A DNA stretch of 45,731 nucleotides from Candidatus Limnocylindria bacterium (GTDB lineage Bacteria; Chloroflexota; Limnocylindria; QHBO01): contig DASTEQ010000184.1 of NCBI GenBank assembly GCA_035709505.1, positions 1-45,731 of the forward strand, read 5' to 3'. Shown here one piece after another: positions 18,296 through 28,257 of the stretch (position 1 is its first letter; each line of letters starts with the position of its first letter). The notes beneath the pieces were generated by a model. It made no database searches, was not told the DNA's origin, and saw only the letters and a list, made by a program, of their open reading frames with translations. Both the position numbers and the translations under genes were made by a program.

Positions 18296-19661
18296 GGGCG
18301 CGGCTGGTACGGGCAACCCGTTCGTTGACCTGATCATCGTCCTGGTCCTGATCCTGATCGGTGGGGTGTTCGCGGCGGCCGAGATCGCGCTCCTCACCGT
18401 CCGCCGCACGCGCCTCGACCAGCTGGCGGAGGAGGGCCGGCGCGGGGCGCGCACGGCCCGCCGCCTGGTGGAGGACCCGCAGCGCTTCCTGGCCACCATC
18501 CAGGTGGTGATCACCTTCCTCGGGTTCCTCGCCTCGGCCATCGGGGCCATCGCGTTCAGCGCGGTGCTCGCAGATGCGATCTCCGCCATCCCGTGGGAGC
18601 CGATTCAGGACGCGGCCGAGACCATCGCGTTCATCTTCGTCACCCTGCTCATCGCGCTGACCTCGATCATCGTCGGGGAGCTCGTCCCGAAGACCCTGGC
18701 CCTGAACTTTCCTGAGCGGTTCTCACTCGTCGCGTCGCGCCCGCTGAGCGTGATGGAGCGCATCCTCGCGCCACTGGTGTCGCTCACGACCACGATCAGT
18801 GGCTTCCTCGTCCGCCTCTTCGGCGGTCGGGAGCGGCCGCAGACCGGGCTGCTGTCGGTCGAGGAGCTGAAGCTCCTGGTCGAGACCGGCTCCGCCCAGG
18901 GGCAGATCGAGGAAGCCGAGAAGGAGATGATCCACGGCGTGATCGAGCTGGGGGACAAGCAGATCCACGAGGTCATGATTCCGCGGATCGGGATCAAGGC
19001 GGTCGAGGTCGACGATCCGATCGAAGAAGTCCTCGACCTTATCGTCCGCGCGGGCCACTCCCGGGTTCCGGTGTACCGCGAGAACCTCGACAACATCGTC
19101 GGCATCCTGTACGCCAAGGACATGCTGCCGTACCTGCTCCCGGCGGCTGGAACACGCGAGCCGCTCGAGATCCGCTCCTTGGCCCGCCCTGCTGCCTACG
19201 TGCCCGAGACGAAGCGCGTGGACGAAATGCTGACCGAGATGCGCTCGGCCCGCCGCCATATCGCGATCGTCGTCGACGAGTACGGCGGGACCGCCGGGCT
19301 GGTCACGATCGAGGACCTGGTCGAGGAGATCGTGGGCGAAATCCAGGACGAGTACGACATCGAGGAGAGCCTCATCGAGCCGATCGAGACCGATGGCGAC
19401 CGCCGCGCGTTCCGTGTCGACGGCCGGGTCACGATGGACGACCTCCGTGACCTGTTCGAGCTCGGCGACGCGGAGGAGCCCGACGAGGAGTCCTTCGACA
19501 CGGTCGGGGGCCTGATCATCTCCCGCGTGGGCCGGATCCCGCTGGTCGGCACCGAGGTCGAGTTTCGCGGCCTCACCCTGCGCGTCCTGGCGGCCGACTC
19601 GCGGCGCGTGTCGAAGGTCATGGCGGTCCAGGTCCCCAACGGCCGCGAGGCGGAAGACTAG
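18288..19661 (+). CDS. CNNM/HlyC-CorC family transporter (DUF21 membrane domain + CBS pair + CorC_HlyC)
   Basis: ATG 18288 is preceded by GGAGGG (18271-18276); the listed GTG 18276 is an alternative start. The product contains AEIALLTVRRTRL, the CBS region …VMIPRIGI…GHSRVPVY, and C-terminal VDEYGGTAGLVTIEDLVEEIVGEI. Confidence 0.85.
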   Translation: MPEGAAGTGNPFVDLIIVLVLILIGGVFAAAEIALLTVRRTRLDQLAEEGRRGARTARRLVEDPQRFLATIQVVITFLGFLASAIGAIAFSAVLADAISAIPWEPIQDAAETIAFIFVTLLIALTSIIVGELVPKTLALNFPERFSLVASRPLSVMERILAPLVSLTTTISGFLVRLFGGRERPQTGLLSVEELKLLVETGSAQGQIEEAEKEMIHGVIELGDKQIHEVMIPRIGIKAVEVDDPIEEVLDLIVRAGHSRVPVYRENLDNIVGILYAKDMLPYLLPAAGTREPLEIRSLARPAAYVPETKRVDEMLTEMRSARRHIAIVVDEYGGTAGLVTIEDLVEEIVGEIQDEYDIEESLIEPIETDGDRRAFRVDGRVTMDDLRDLFELGDAEEPDEESFDTVGGLIISRVGRIPLVGTEVEFRGLTLRVLAADSRRVSKVMAVQVPNGREAED

Positions 19662-20695
19662 GCGGCGATCGCCCCCGCCACGAACAGCTCGAGCTCCGCC
19701 CGGGCCAGCGGATCGAGCGGCAGGCCGGCCAGCTCGGCCAGCGCCTCGTCCCGGTAGCGGCGGGCCTCGCCCAGGGTCGTTTCTCGCGCGCCGGACCGAT
19801 CCAGGATGGCGGCGGCCTCCGCCACCTCGGCGTCGGTCAGGTGCAGGCCGTCCTCGTGCTGGGTGAAGAGCTCGCGGAGGCGGGCCTGATCCGCTTCCGC
19901 CGCATGATTGAGGGCCCAGATCACGGGCATGGTCTTCTTGCGCCGCCGCAGGTCGCCTGCCTCCGCCTTGCCGGAGGCGGACTCGTCCCAGAATGCTCCC
20001 TTCACGTCGTCGGCCATCTGGAAGGCCAGGCCGAGCCGGTCGCCAAAGCGCCGGAAGCGTGCGACGACATCGGCATCTCGCGACGACAGCATGGCCGCGG
20101 CCTCCACCCCGGCTGCCATCAGCGCCGCGGTCTTCAGCTCGATCATCTGGAGGTACTCGTCGACCGAGACATCGAGCCGAGCCTCGAAGCTGATGTCGAG
20201 GTACTGCCCCTCGCACAACGACAGGCAGGTCTGGTCATAGATCCGCATCAGCTCGATGACTTGCCGCGGCTCGGGCGCGTCCGGGTCGTCCTCGTCGCTC
20301 AGGCGGTAGAGGGCAAGGCGCGACAGTGCGAACAGGGCGTCGCCGGCGTTGATCGCCTGCGGAATGCCATAGCGAGCCCACAGCGTGGCCCGGTGCCGGC
20401 GCTCGCGGTCCCCATCCTGGATGTCGTCGTGGACGAGGCTGAAGTTGTGGCCCAGCTCGACGGCTGCCGCCCCGGCCAGGGCTCGCCGATAGTCGCGACC
20501 CAGGGCGCGGATGACGAGGAGGCCGAGCAGGGGGCGGATCCGCTTCCCGCTGGAGCCGTCCGTGCCGTCCAACCCGAGGTGGTACGCGAGCATGTCGTAC
20601 ATCGGTCGAGCGGGACCGCGATGCTCATCGAGGATGGATTGCATCTCCGCCTCGACGTCCGCCACGAGCTGGCTAAACTCGACTCGAGTGTTCAC
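19658..20695 (-). CDS. Polyprenyl diphosphate synthase (trans-isoprenyl diphosphate synthase family)
   Basis: The first aspartate-rich motif (LVHDDIQDGD) and the second (FQMADDVKG) are present. The size is about 345 aa. Confidence 0.85.
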   Translation of the reverse strand: MNTRVEFSQLVADVEAEMQSILDEHRGPARPMYDMLAYHLGLDGTDGSSGKRIRPLLGLLVIRALGRDYRRALAGAAAVELGHNFSLVHDDIQDGDRERRHRATLWARYGIPQAINAGDALFALSRLALYRLSDEDDPDAPEPRQVIELMRIYDQTCLSLCEGQYLDISFEARLDVSVDEYLQMIELKTAALMAAGVEAAAMLSSRDADVVARFRRFGDRLGLAFQMADDVKGAFWDESASGKAEAGDLRRRKKTMPVIWALNHAAEADQARLRELFTQHEDGLHLTDAEVAEAAAILDRSGARETTLGEARRYRDEALAELAGLPLDPLARAELELFVAGAIAA

Positions 20696-20722
20696 GTCCG
20701 AAGCGTACTCGACCGGCTGCCG

Positions 20723-21538
20723 GTGAGCCCACGCTCACGCCTGTACAAGACCGAGGCCATCGTCCTGCGGGGCCTCGACCTGGGCGAGGCCGACCGGGTG
20801 CTCACCGTCCTCACCCCGCACCTCGGGAAGCTGCGGGTCATCGCCAAGGGGGTGCGGCGACCGCGGTCACGCATCGGGGGCGGCCTGGAACCACTGGGCC
20901 GGGTCGATCTCGTGCTCGCCGTTGGCCGCACCTTTGATGTCGTCACCCAGTCGCAGATCCTCGACCCGCACCTCGGCCTCCGCGCGGACCTCCATGCGAC
21001 GGCCGCCGCCTGGTACCTGGGCGAGCTGGCCGACCGCTTCTGCGAGGAGCGGGCGGAGAGCGCGTCGGCCTTTGCGCTCCTTGGCGAGGGCCTGACCGCG
21101 CTCGACGCCGCACCCACGGTCACGGCCCGTGATGCGATTGCCCGCGCGTTCGAGTTGCACCTGCTCGAGGCCATGGGCTACCGACCCGAGCTCGGGACGT
21201 GCATCGAATGCGGCGCCGAGGTGGAGCCGGGGCGGAATGCCTACGCCGCGGTCGCCGGCGGGATCGTCGGGCCCGAGTGCGTCCACGGGGCGATGGGAGC
21301 GGCGGCGATCTCGACGGCCGCCCTGAAGGCGATGCGGCACTTTCAGCGGGTCCCGCTCGACGAGGCTGGGCGCGTGACGATGAGTCGGCCCGTTGGACGG
21401 GAGGTGGAGCGCCACCTCCACGCGACAGTCTCGGCGGTCCTCGAACGCGAGCTCCGGAGCCGCGACTTCCTCGACGAGGTCAGCCGCCTCGAGCCGGTCA
21501 CCCGGCCACCGGCCGGCGCGACATCGGTCCTGCGCTAG
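20723..21538 (+). CDS. recO: DNA repair protein RecO
   Basis: GTG 20723 is in frame with ORF 19841..21538. The product contains LYKTEAIVLRGLDLGEADRVLTVLTP..GKL..IAKGVRRP.SR and a Cys motif (CIECGAEV…GPEC). The start is approximate. Confidence 0.85.
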   Translation: MSPRSRLYKTEAIVLRGLDLGEADRVLTVLTPHLGKLRVIAKGVRRPRSRIGGGLEPLGRVDLVLAVGRTFDVVTQSQILDPHLGLRADLHATAAAWYLGELADRFCEERAESASAFALLGEGLTALDAAPTVTARDAIARAFELHLLEAMGYRPELGTCIECGAEVEPGRNAYAAVAGGIVGPECVHGAMGAAAISTAALKAMRHFQRVPLDEAGRVTMSRPVGREVERHLHATVSAVLERELRSRDFLDEVSRLEPVTRPPAGATSVLR

Positions 21539-21549
21539 ACTCGCCTGCC

Positions 21550-22917
21550 ATGCCGGCGCCCAGTCTCGACGTCCTGGCCAGCCTCGCCAAGCGGCGAGGC
21601 TTCGTGTTCGGGGGCAGCGAGATCTACGGGGGGATCCAGGGGTTCTGGGACTACGGGCCCCTCGGCGTCGAGCTGCGGAACAACATCAAGGCCGCCTGGT
21701 GGCGATCGATGGTCCGCCTGCGCGACGATATCGACGGCCTCGACGCGGCGATCATCATGAACCCACGGGTCTGGGAGGCGTCGGGCCACGTCGCCGGCTT
21801 CTCCGACCCCATGGTGGACTGCCGCAACTGCAAGCATCGGTTCCGCGAAAGCGACCTGAAGGGCCCCCCCGCGGAGATCGCCTGCCCGGACTGTGGGCAG
21901 CGCGGCACCCTGACCGAGGCGCGCCAGTTCAACCTGATGTTCAAGACCCACGTCGGGCCCGTCGAAGAGGACGCCAGCCTCGCCTACCTGCGGCCCGAGA
22001 CGGCACAGGGCATCTTCGTGAACTTCGGCAACGTGGCCACCGCGATGCGCCGCAAGCTGCCCTTCGGGATCGCCCAGGTCGGCAAGAGCTTTCGCAACGA
22101 GATCACGCCGGGCAACTTCATCTTCCGCCTGCGCGAGTTCGAGCAGATGGAGATGGAGTTCTTCGTCCTGCCGGTCGACGAGGATCGGTGGTTCGCCTAC
22201 TGGGTCGACGAGCGCCACCGCTGGTGGACCGATGTCATCGGGATCCACCCCGACCGCCTGCGGCTGCGTCCCCACGACGCGGACGAGCTCTCGCACTACA
22301 GCCGCCAGACGACGGACATCGAGTACGCCTTCCCGATGGGCTGGTCGGAGCTGGAAGGGATCGCGGACCGCACGAATTTCGACCTGACCGCCCACGCGGT
22401 CGCGTCGGGGAAGAGCCTGAGCGTGTTCGACGAGGCAAGCGGCGAACACGTCGTGCCGTTCGTCATCGAGCCGGCGATGGGCGTTGACCGAGCCACGCTG
22501 ACCGTCCTGGTCGACGGCTACGATGAGGAGCAGGTGTCGGGGGAGAAGCGGGTCGTGCTCCGGATCAAGCCTGACCTGGCGCCGGTGAAGGTCGCCGTTC
22601 TGCCGCTCCTCCGCAACCGCCCCGAGCTGGTCGAGGTGGCGCGCCGCCTGGCGACCGACCTGAAGCAGGACGTCGCCGCGATGTACGACGACACCGCGTC
22701 GATCGGCAAGCTGTACCGGCGACAGGACGAGATCGGGACGCCGTTCTGCGTCACGGTCGATGTCGAGTCCCTGGCCGATGGAGCGGCCACCATCCGAGAG
22801 CGGGATTCGATGACCCAGGAGCGCGTCTCCATGTCCGCCATTCCCGAGCGTATCGCAGATCTGGTGGCCGGCCGGTCGGCCTGGGCGGGGAGGGCGCCGG
22901 ACGCGACCCCCGAATGA
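21550..22917 (+). CDS. glyQS: Glycine--tRNA ligase (single-chain alpha2 type)
   Basis: ATG 21550 is in frame with ORF 21199..22917. The product contains RRGFVFGGSEIYGGIQGFWDYGPLGVELRNNIK, YLRPETAQGIF, GKSFRNEITPGNFIFRLREFEQMEMEFF and IEPAMGVDR. Confidence 0.95.
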   Translation: MPAPSLDVLASLAKRRGFVFGGSEIYGGIQGFWDYGPLGVELRNNIKAAWWRSMVRLRDDIDGLDAAIIMNPRVWEASGHVAGFSDPMVDCRNCKHRFRESDLKGPPAEIACPDCGQRGTLTEARQFNLMFKTHVGPVEEDASLAYLRPETAQGIFVNFGNVATAMRRKLPFGIAQVGKSFRNEITPGNFIFRLREFEQMEMEFFVLPVDEDRWFAYWVDERHRWWTDVIGIHPDRLRLRPHDADELSHYSRQTTDIEYAFPMGWSELEGIADRTNFDLTAHAVASGKSLSVFDEASGEHVVPFVIEPAMGVDRATLTVLVDGYDEEQVSGEKRVVLRIKPDLAPVKVAVLPLLRNRPELVEVARRLATDLKQDVAAMYDDTASIGKLYRRQDEIGTPFCVTVDVESLADGAATIRERDSMTQERVSMSAIPERIADLVAGRSAWAGRAPDATPE

Positions 22918-23720
22918 GCGCCGGCTCGAAGTTCGATGAGCTGACCGCGGCGGCGGACCGCGGCGACCACGACGCTGTCATCCGGCTCGCGACCGCGATC
23001 CTCGCCGACCAGCCGGGCAACGACGCGGCCCGCGCGCTCCGGGCCCGGGCCCACCTGGCGCTTGGTCACCTGGCCGACGCGGAAGCCGATGCACAGGCCG
23101 CCGTGCGCCTCGATCCCGACGAGGTCCGGTACCGAGAGCTGCTGGCCGAGACGCTGTCCGCGAGCGGCGCGCATCGGGAGGCTGCGGAGGAGTTCGCCCG
23201 ACTGGCCCGCCTCGACCCGCGACAGGCAGCGTGGGCCCGGGAGGAGGCCACCGAACGCCTGGCGGCCGCCGAGTCCGAGGAGGCGGTAGAGGCCGCGCGC
23301 CGCGCGCTCCGCCTCGATCCCGCCGACACGGCGGCGCAGTTGACCCTTACCCGGGGGCTCCTGCGGGCCGGGCAGGCGACGCTGGCGCTCGAGGCGGCGG
23401 AACGGTCGGTCGCCCTCTCTTCGAACGATGGGGCGGTACGGGAGGCGTTGGCCGACGCCCAGTGGCTGGCCGGGGACGAGGCCGCAGCCCTGGCCGGGTA
23501 TGCCGCACTCGCGCGGGACTCCGACCGCGAGCTCGCCGGGAAGGCCGTGGACAAGGGGCGCTCCCTGTACCGCTCCCGGGCGGGGGTGGGCGGCCGCCTG
23601 CTGGCCGCGGTACCGCCGCTGTTTGCGGTCGCGCTCAGAGCTGGGCGATTGCGGCTTCCTGCTCCCGCCGACGTCGGAGGCGGTTCCGAACCACGGCCGC
23701 CACGCCGAGGACCAGGATGA
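22914..23720 (+). CDS. TPR-repeat protein
   Basis: The start makes an ATGA overlap with the glyQS stop. It contains repeated 34-aa-type Ala/Leu-rich helical pairs (…A.A..A..LDP…). The 3' end overlaps a convergent membrane-protein ORF, so the true C-terminus is uncertain. Confidence 0.6.
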   Translation: MSAGSKFDELTAAADRGDHDAVIRLATAILADQPGNDAARALRARAHLALGHLADAEADAQAAVRLDPDEVRYRELLAETLSASGAHREAAEEFARLARLDPRQAAWAREEATERLAAAESEEAVEAARRALRLDPADTAAQLTLTRGLLRAGQATLALEAAERSVALSSNDGAVREALADAQWLAGDEAAALAGYAALARDSDRELAGKAVDKGRSLYRSRAGVGGRLLAAVPPLFAVALRAGRLRLPAPADVGGGSEPRPPRRGPG

Positions 23721-23982
23721 GCAACCCGCCGCCGAACAGGAGGTAGGCGGCGCCGGTCGCGGACAGCGGGTCGCGGAGCACGTTCGGGCCGAACAACACG
23801 AGGTACGTGGCCCCGAAGCCGACGCCAAGCTTGGCCCCGGCCGCGGTGGTGTCGCGCGGGACGAGGAACCCGACGATGACGAGCGCCAGCACGACCAGCG
23901 GCCCCACCAGGGCCACGGCAGGAAGGACCCATGTCAGCAACGCGGCCAGCACCCCGACCGCCAGCCACAGCAGTGTCGCCAT
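23635..23982 (-). CDS. Small integral membrane protein (3-4 predicted TM helices)
   Basis: An internal ATG at 23982 begins MATLLWLAVGVLAALLTWVLPAVALVGPLVVLALVIVGFLV…. The product ends in a basic tail, RNRLRRRREQE. The first 37 codons of the listed ORF are non-hydrophobic and overlap the ppdK start region. Confidence 0.5.
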   Translation of the reverse strand: MATLLWLAVGVLAALLTWVLPAVALVGPLVVLALVIVGFLVPRDTTAAGAKLGVGFGATYLVLFGPNVLRDPLSATGAAYLLFGGGLLILVLGVAAVVRNRLRRRREQEAAIAQL

Positions 23983-24054
23983 GTCGCAGTCCAGACTACC
24001 CGGCGGCGGACCACCTAGAATCCGCGGCGCGACCCCGTACGGAGCCCGCGTCCC

Positions 24055-26850
24055 GTGGCTGAAGCCGTGACCCCCGCTGTCGAACGCGCCCATCGGGCGG
24101 CGAAGCGGTACATCTACGCCTGGGGCGAGGGGCGGGCGGAAGGTGACGCCACGATGCGGGACCTTCTCGGCGGGAAGGGCGCCGGCCTGGCGGAGATGAC
24201 GAATGCGGGCCTGCCGGTGCCGCCTGGCTTCACGATCACGACCGTTGCCTGCACCGATTACTTCGCCGCCGGCGAGCAGCTCCCCGACGGGCTATGGGAG
24301 GACGTCCTCGAGGCAGTGGACACGCTCGAACGGCAGACAGCCAAGCGATTCGGGGACGCGGCCAGCCCACTCCTCGTGTCGGTCCGCTCCGGGGCGAAGT
24401 TCTCGATGCCAGGGATGATGGACACCGTCCTGAACCTCGGACTCAACCCGGAAACCCGCGACGGGCTGATCGCGCTCACCGGAGACAAGCGCTTCGGCTG
24501 GGATGCGTATCGGCGCTTCATCCAGATGTTCGGACGGATCGTGCTCGACGTGGATGGCACCCTGTTCGAGCCGATCATCGATCGGGCGAAATCGGCGCGG
24601 GGGGTCGAGGCCGACAGCGAGCTCGATGCGGATGCCCTGCGCGAGGTGGCGGAGGCCTTCCTGGCCGTGGTCCGCAGCCACGCCGGGCGCGAGTTTCCGA
24701 CCGATCCGCTCGAGCAGCTCGACCTCGCGGTCAAGGCCGTGTTCGCCTCGTGGTATGGGCGCCGGGCGCACGACTACCGCGAATACAACCGGATCTCCCA
24801 CGACCTGGGCACCGCGGTGAACGTGGTGGCGATGGTCTTCGGCAACCTCGGGGAGGACAGCGGAACCGGGGTCGCCTTCACCCGGAACCCGAACACCGGG
24901 GAGAAGACGCTCTTCGGGGAGTACCTGACCAATGCCCAGGGTGAGGACGTGGTGGCCGGCACCCGGACACCGTCGCCAATCGCGGCCCTCCACGACGAGA
25001 TGCCCCTTGTCTACGACGAGTTCCAGCGCATCGGGGAACGACTGGAGGCGCACTACCGAGACGTCCAGGACCTCGAGTTCACGATCGAGCGCGGGCGGCT
25101 GTACATGCTCCAGACCCGTTCGGCAAAGCGCACCGCCCCCGCCGCGGTGCGGATCGCGGTCGAGATGGTGGGAGAGGGGATCATCACCCGCGAGGAGGCC
25201 CTCCAACGGGTCGAGCCCGGACAGGTCGTCCAGCTCCTCCTGCCCCGATTTGACGACGCGGCCCGGAGCGACGCCGCCGAGCGCCGGCTCTGCACCGGCC
25301 TGAACGCATCACCCGGGGCGGCAACCGGGCGGGCGATGTTCGACCCGGACCGCGCCGTGGAGGCGGCGCGGGCCGGGGACCCGGTCATCCTCGTCCGAAT
25401 CGAGACCAGCCCCGACGACGTCCACGGCATGCTCGTGTCCAAGGGCGTGCTCACCGCACGGGGCGGCGCGACCTCCCATGCCGCGGTGGTCGCCCGCTCC
25501 CTCGGCCTCCCCTGCGTGGCGGGCGCCGAGGCCCTCGACATCGACTACGGCGAGCGGACGATGCGGGTCGGATCGACGACCGTGGCGGAGGGCGACACGA
25601 TCAGCATCGACGGCACCACCGGGGAGCTGTACACCGGTGCGCTGGCCACCATCGAACCCAACTTCGACGAGGAGCGCGACCTCGCCACGCTCCTGGGCTG
25701 GGCCGACGGGGTTCGTCGCCTGCAGGTATGGGCCAACGCCGACTACCCGCGAGACGCGGAGCGAGCCCGGTCCTACGGGGCGCAGGGCATCGGCCTGTGT
25801 CGAACCGAGCACATGTTCTTCGAGGAGTCACGGCTGCCAATCGTCCGCCAGATGATCCTGGTCGCTTCCACCGCAACCGCGGCGAAGGCACGCCGGGCTG
25901 CGGGGGAGGCGCTCAACGCGGACGACGAGGAGGCGATCGCGACCTTTGACGCCGCCCTGGCGACGCTCGAGCAGACCCAGACCGATGACTTCGCCGGGCT
26001 CTTCCGTGCGATGGACGGCCTGCCAGTCGTCATCCGCCTCATCGACCCACCGCTCCACGAGTTCCTGCCGCCGCACGACGAACTCCTGGTCGAGGTCACC
26101 CTCCTCCGCGAGCGCGGGACCGATGCAGCGCGGCTGGCCGAGCTGGAGGAGACCCTCGACGCGGTCGAGTCGATGCGGGAGCAGAACCCGATGCTCGGCA
26201 TGCGTGGCGTGCGGCTGGGGTTGATGATCCCCGACATCGTCCGGATGCAGACCCGGGCCATCCTGACTGCCGCCGCGCGGGTTGCCTCGGAGGGGGTCAC
26301 CCCGCTGCCCGAGATCATGATCCCGCTCGTCGGCCACGCCAACGAGCTGCGGGAGACGCGCGCCACCCTGGAGGCGGAGGCGACGGCCGTGGCGGAAGCC
26401 TCCGGCCAGACGGTCGCCTACAAGTTCGGGACCATGATCGAAGTCCCGCGCGGAGCACTGACCGCCGGGGATATCGCGCAGGATGCCGAGTTCTTCAGCT
26501 TTGGCACGAACGACCTGACCCAGATGACGTTCGGCTACTCGCGCGACGACGCGGAGGGGAAGTTCCTGATGCGCTACGTCGAGCGCAAGATCCTGCCCGA
26601 GAACCCGTTCCAGGTGCTCGACCGCGACGGGGTGGGGGAGCTGGTCAGGATCGCCACCGAGCGCGGTCGCGCCGCGCGTCCCGGACTGAAGGTCGGGATC
26701 TGCGGGGAGCATGGTGGCGACCCATCGTCGATCGCCTTCTGTCACGATATCGGTCTCGACTACGTGTCGTGCTCCCCGTTCCGGGTGCCCGTTGCCCGGC
26801 TCGCTGCCGCACAGGCGGCCCTGGCAGAGGCCTCCGAGCGCGACCGCTGA
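24055..26850 (+). CDS. ppdK: Pyruvate, phosphate dikinase
   Basis: The product contains KRYIYAWGEG…MRDLLGGKGAGLAEM, the phospho-histidine motif GGATSHAAVVARSLGLPCV, and a C-terminal PEP/pyruvate TIM barrel (GLCRTEHMF…, FSFGTNDLTQM, SCSPFRVP). The start (GTG 24055 or 24067) is uncertain. Confidence 0.95.
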   Translation: MAEAVTPAVERAHRAAKRYIYAWGEGRAEGDATMRDLLGGKGAGLAEMTNAGLPVPPGFTITTVACTDYFAAGEQLPDGLWEDVLEAVDTLERQTAKRFGDAASPLLVSVRSGAKFSMPGMMDTVLNLGLNPETRDGLIALTGDKRFGWDAYRRFIQMFGRIVLDVDGTLFEPIIDRAKSARGVEADSELDADALREVAEAFLAVVRSHAGREFPTDPLEQLDLAVKAVFASWYGRRAHDYREYNRISHDLGTAVNVVAMVFGNLGEDSGTGVAFTRNPNTGEKTLFGEYLTNAQGEDVVAGTRTPSPIAALHDEMPLVYDEFQRIGERLEAHYRDVQDLEFTIERGRLYMLQTRSAKRTAPAAVRIAVEMVGEGIITREEALQRVEPGQVVQLLLPRFDDAARSDAAERRLCTGLNASPGAATGRAMFDPDRAVEAARAGDPVILVRIETSPDDVHGMLVSKGVLTARGGATSHAAVVARSLGLPCVAGAEALDIDYGERTMRVGSTTVAEGDTISIDGTTGELYTGALATIEPNFDEERDLATLLGWADGVRRLQVWANADYPRDAERARSYGAQGIGLCRTEHMFFEESRLPIVRQMILVASTATAAKARRAAGEALNADDEEAIATFDAALATLEQTQTDDFAGLFRAMDGLPVVIRLIDPPLHEFLPPHDELLVEVTLLRERGTDAARLAELEETLDAVESMREQNPMLGMRGVRLGLMIPDIVRMQTRAILTAAARVASEGVTPLPEIMIPLVGHANELRETRATLEAEATAVAEASGQTVAYKFGTMIEVPRGALTAGDIAQDAEFFSFGTNDLTQMTFGYSRDDAEGKFLMRYVERKILPENPFQVLDRDGVGELVRIATERGRAARPGLKVGICGEHGGDPSSIAFCHDIGLDYVSCSPFRVPVARLAAAQAALAEASERDR

Positions 26851-26875
26851 ATCGCCCCCCGGAGGTCCACTCCTG

Positions 26876-28252
26876 ATGTCCGTTTCCTCGACCATTCCCT
26901 TCTCCGCCGCGGACGTGCAGCGGACAATCCGCGGCCGGGTGATCACGCCCGAGGACGCTGAGTACGACGCCGCCCGCGTGGTGGTCGCCGGCCACATCGA
27001 CCGTCATCCGGCCCTGATCGTTCGCGTCGCGGACGCCGATGACGTGGCCCGCGTGGTCTCGCTCGCGCGTGACGGTGGCGTCGAGCTTGCTGTACGGAGC
27101 GGCGGGCACAGCGGCGCCGGCCATTCGACGACCGATGGCGGGGTCGTGCTCGACCTGCGTGATCTCGCCGCCATCGACCTCGATCCGCAGTCCGGCACCG
27201 GGTGGGCCGACAGCGGCGTCACTGCGGCTGCCTTTACCGATGCCGCCGGCGAGCATGGCCTCGCGGTCGGCTTCGGCGACACCGGGTCGGTCGGGCTCGG
27301 AGGGCTCACCCTGGGGGGCGGCGTTGGCTACCTCGTTCGGAGGCTCGGCCTGACGATCGATTCACTCCTCGCCGCCGATATCGTCACCGCCGACGGCGAG
27401 ATCCGCCGTGCCGATGCGGACACCGAGCCCGACCTGTTCTGGGCGATCCGAGGCGGCGGGGGCAACTTCGGGGTCGCCACCCGCTTCCGGTTCCGTCTCC
27501 ACGAGATCCCGGAGGCCTATGGCGGGATGCTGATCCTGCCGGCGACGTCCGAGGTGATCGCGGGCTACATGGCCGCCTCGAAGGCCGCTCCCGAGGAGCT
27601 TTCTTCGATCCTGAATGTCATGCCCGCGCCGCCCATGCCGGGCATCCCGGACGACCTGGTCGGGCACATCGTGGGCATGGCGATCATGTGTTGGGCCGGA
27701 GATCCGCAGGTTGGGGAGCGGGCGATCACGCCGTTCCGCGAGCTTGGCAGCCCGATCCTCGATGCCCTCAAGCCGATGCGCTACGCCGATGTCTACCCAC
27801 CAGATGACCCTGCCTACCGGCCGCTCGCCGAAGCGCGGACGATGTTCGTGGACCGCATCGACCGTCCGGCCGCCGAGCTCATCCTCGAGCGGCTGAACGA
27901 CTCGGACTCACCGATGCGGGTAGCCCAGCTGCGACCGCTCGGCGGCGCCATGGCCCGTGTGCCGCTGGAGGACACCGCGTTCGCGCACCGGCACAGCGAG
28001 GTGATGGTCAACATCGCCGCGTTCTACGAGGGGGAAGCCGACCGGCCCCGCCGTGCCGAGTGGGTCGCGCAGTTCGCTGCCGACCTGGAGCAGGACGACC
28101 ATGGCGCCTATGTGAACTTCCTCGCCGACGAGCCCGACCGGATCCGCGCCGCGTACCCGGGGCCGACCTGGGACCGGCTCCGCGCGATCAAGGCCACGTA
28201 CGACCCGAACAACCTCTTCCGCCTGAACCAGAACATCCCGCCTGCGGACTGA
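26876..28252 (+). CDS. FAD-binding oxidoreductase, BBE/vanillyl-alcohol-oxidase-like (FAD_binding_4 + BBE C-terminus)
   Basis: ATG 26876 is preceded by GGAGG (26861-26865). The product contains VRSGGHSGAGHS, WAIRGGGGNFGV and a C-terminal YDPNNLFRLNQNI typical of BBE-domain proteins. Confidence 0.85.
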   Translation: MSVSSTIPFSAADVQRTIRGRVITPEDAEYDAARVVVAGHIDRHPALIVRVADADDVARVVSLARDGGVELAVRSGGHSGAGHSTTDGGVVLDLRDLAAIDLDPQSGTGWADSGVTAAAFTDAAGEHGLAVGFGDTGSVGLGGLTLGGGVGYLVRRLGLTIDSLLAADIVTADGEIRRADADTEPDLFWAIRGGGGNFGVATRFRFRLHEIPEAYGGMLILPATSEVIAGYMAASKAAPEELSSILNVMPAPPMPGIPDDLVGHIVGMAIMCWAGDPQVGERAITPFRELGSPILDALKPMRYADVYPPDDPAYRPLAEARTMFVDRIDRPAAELILERLNDSDSPMRVAQLRPLGGAMARVPLEDTAFAHRHSEVMVNIAAFYEGEADRPRRAEWVAQFAADLEQDDHGAYVNFLADEPDRIRAAYPGPTWDRLRAIKATYDPNNLFRLNQNIPPAD

Positions 28253-28257
28253 TCCGG

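Noticed and set aside
16976-18589. 537-aa minus-strand ORF
   Set aside because: It is antisense to glmU. Same reasoning as for the other shadow ORFs.
18723-20216. 497-aa minus-strand ORF, and the N-terminal 294 codons of + ORF 19841..21538
   Set aside because: They are antisense to the CNNM transporter and to the polyprenyl synthase respectively. Only the recO part of the + ORF (from GTG 20723) has a recognisable protein signature.
24292-26997. Several 300-390-aa minus-strand ORFs (24292..25206, 25828..26997) and internal + ORFs
   Set aside because: All lie inside or antisense to ppdK, and their translations are low-complexity.
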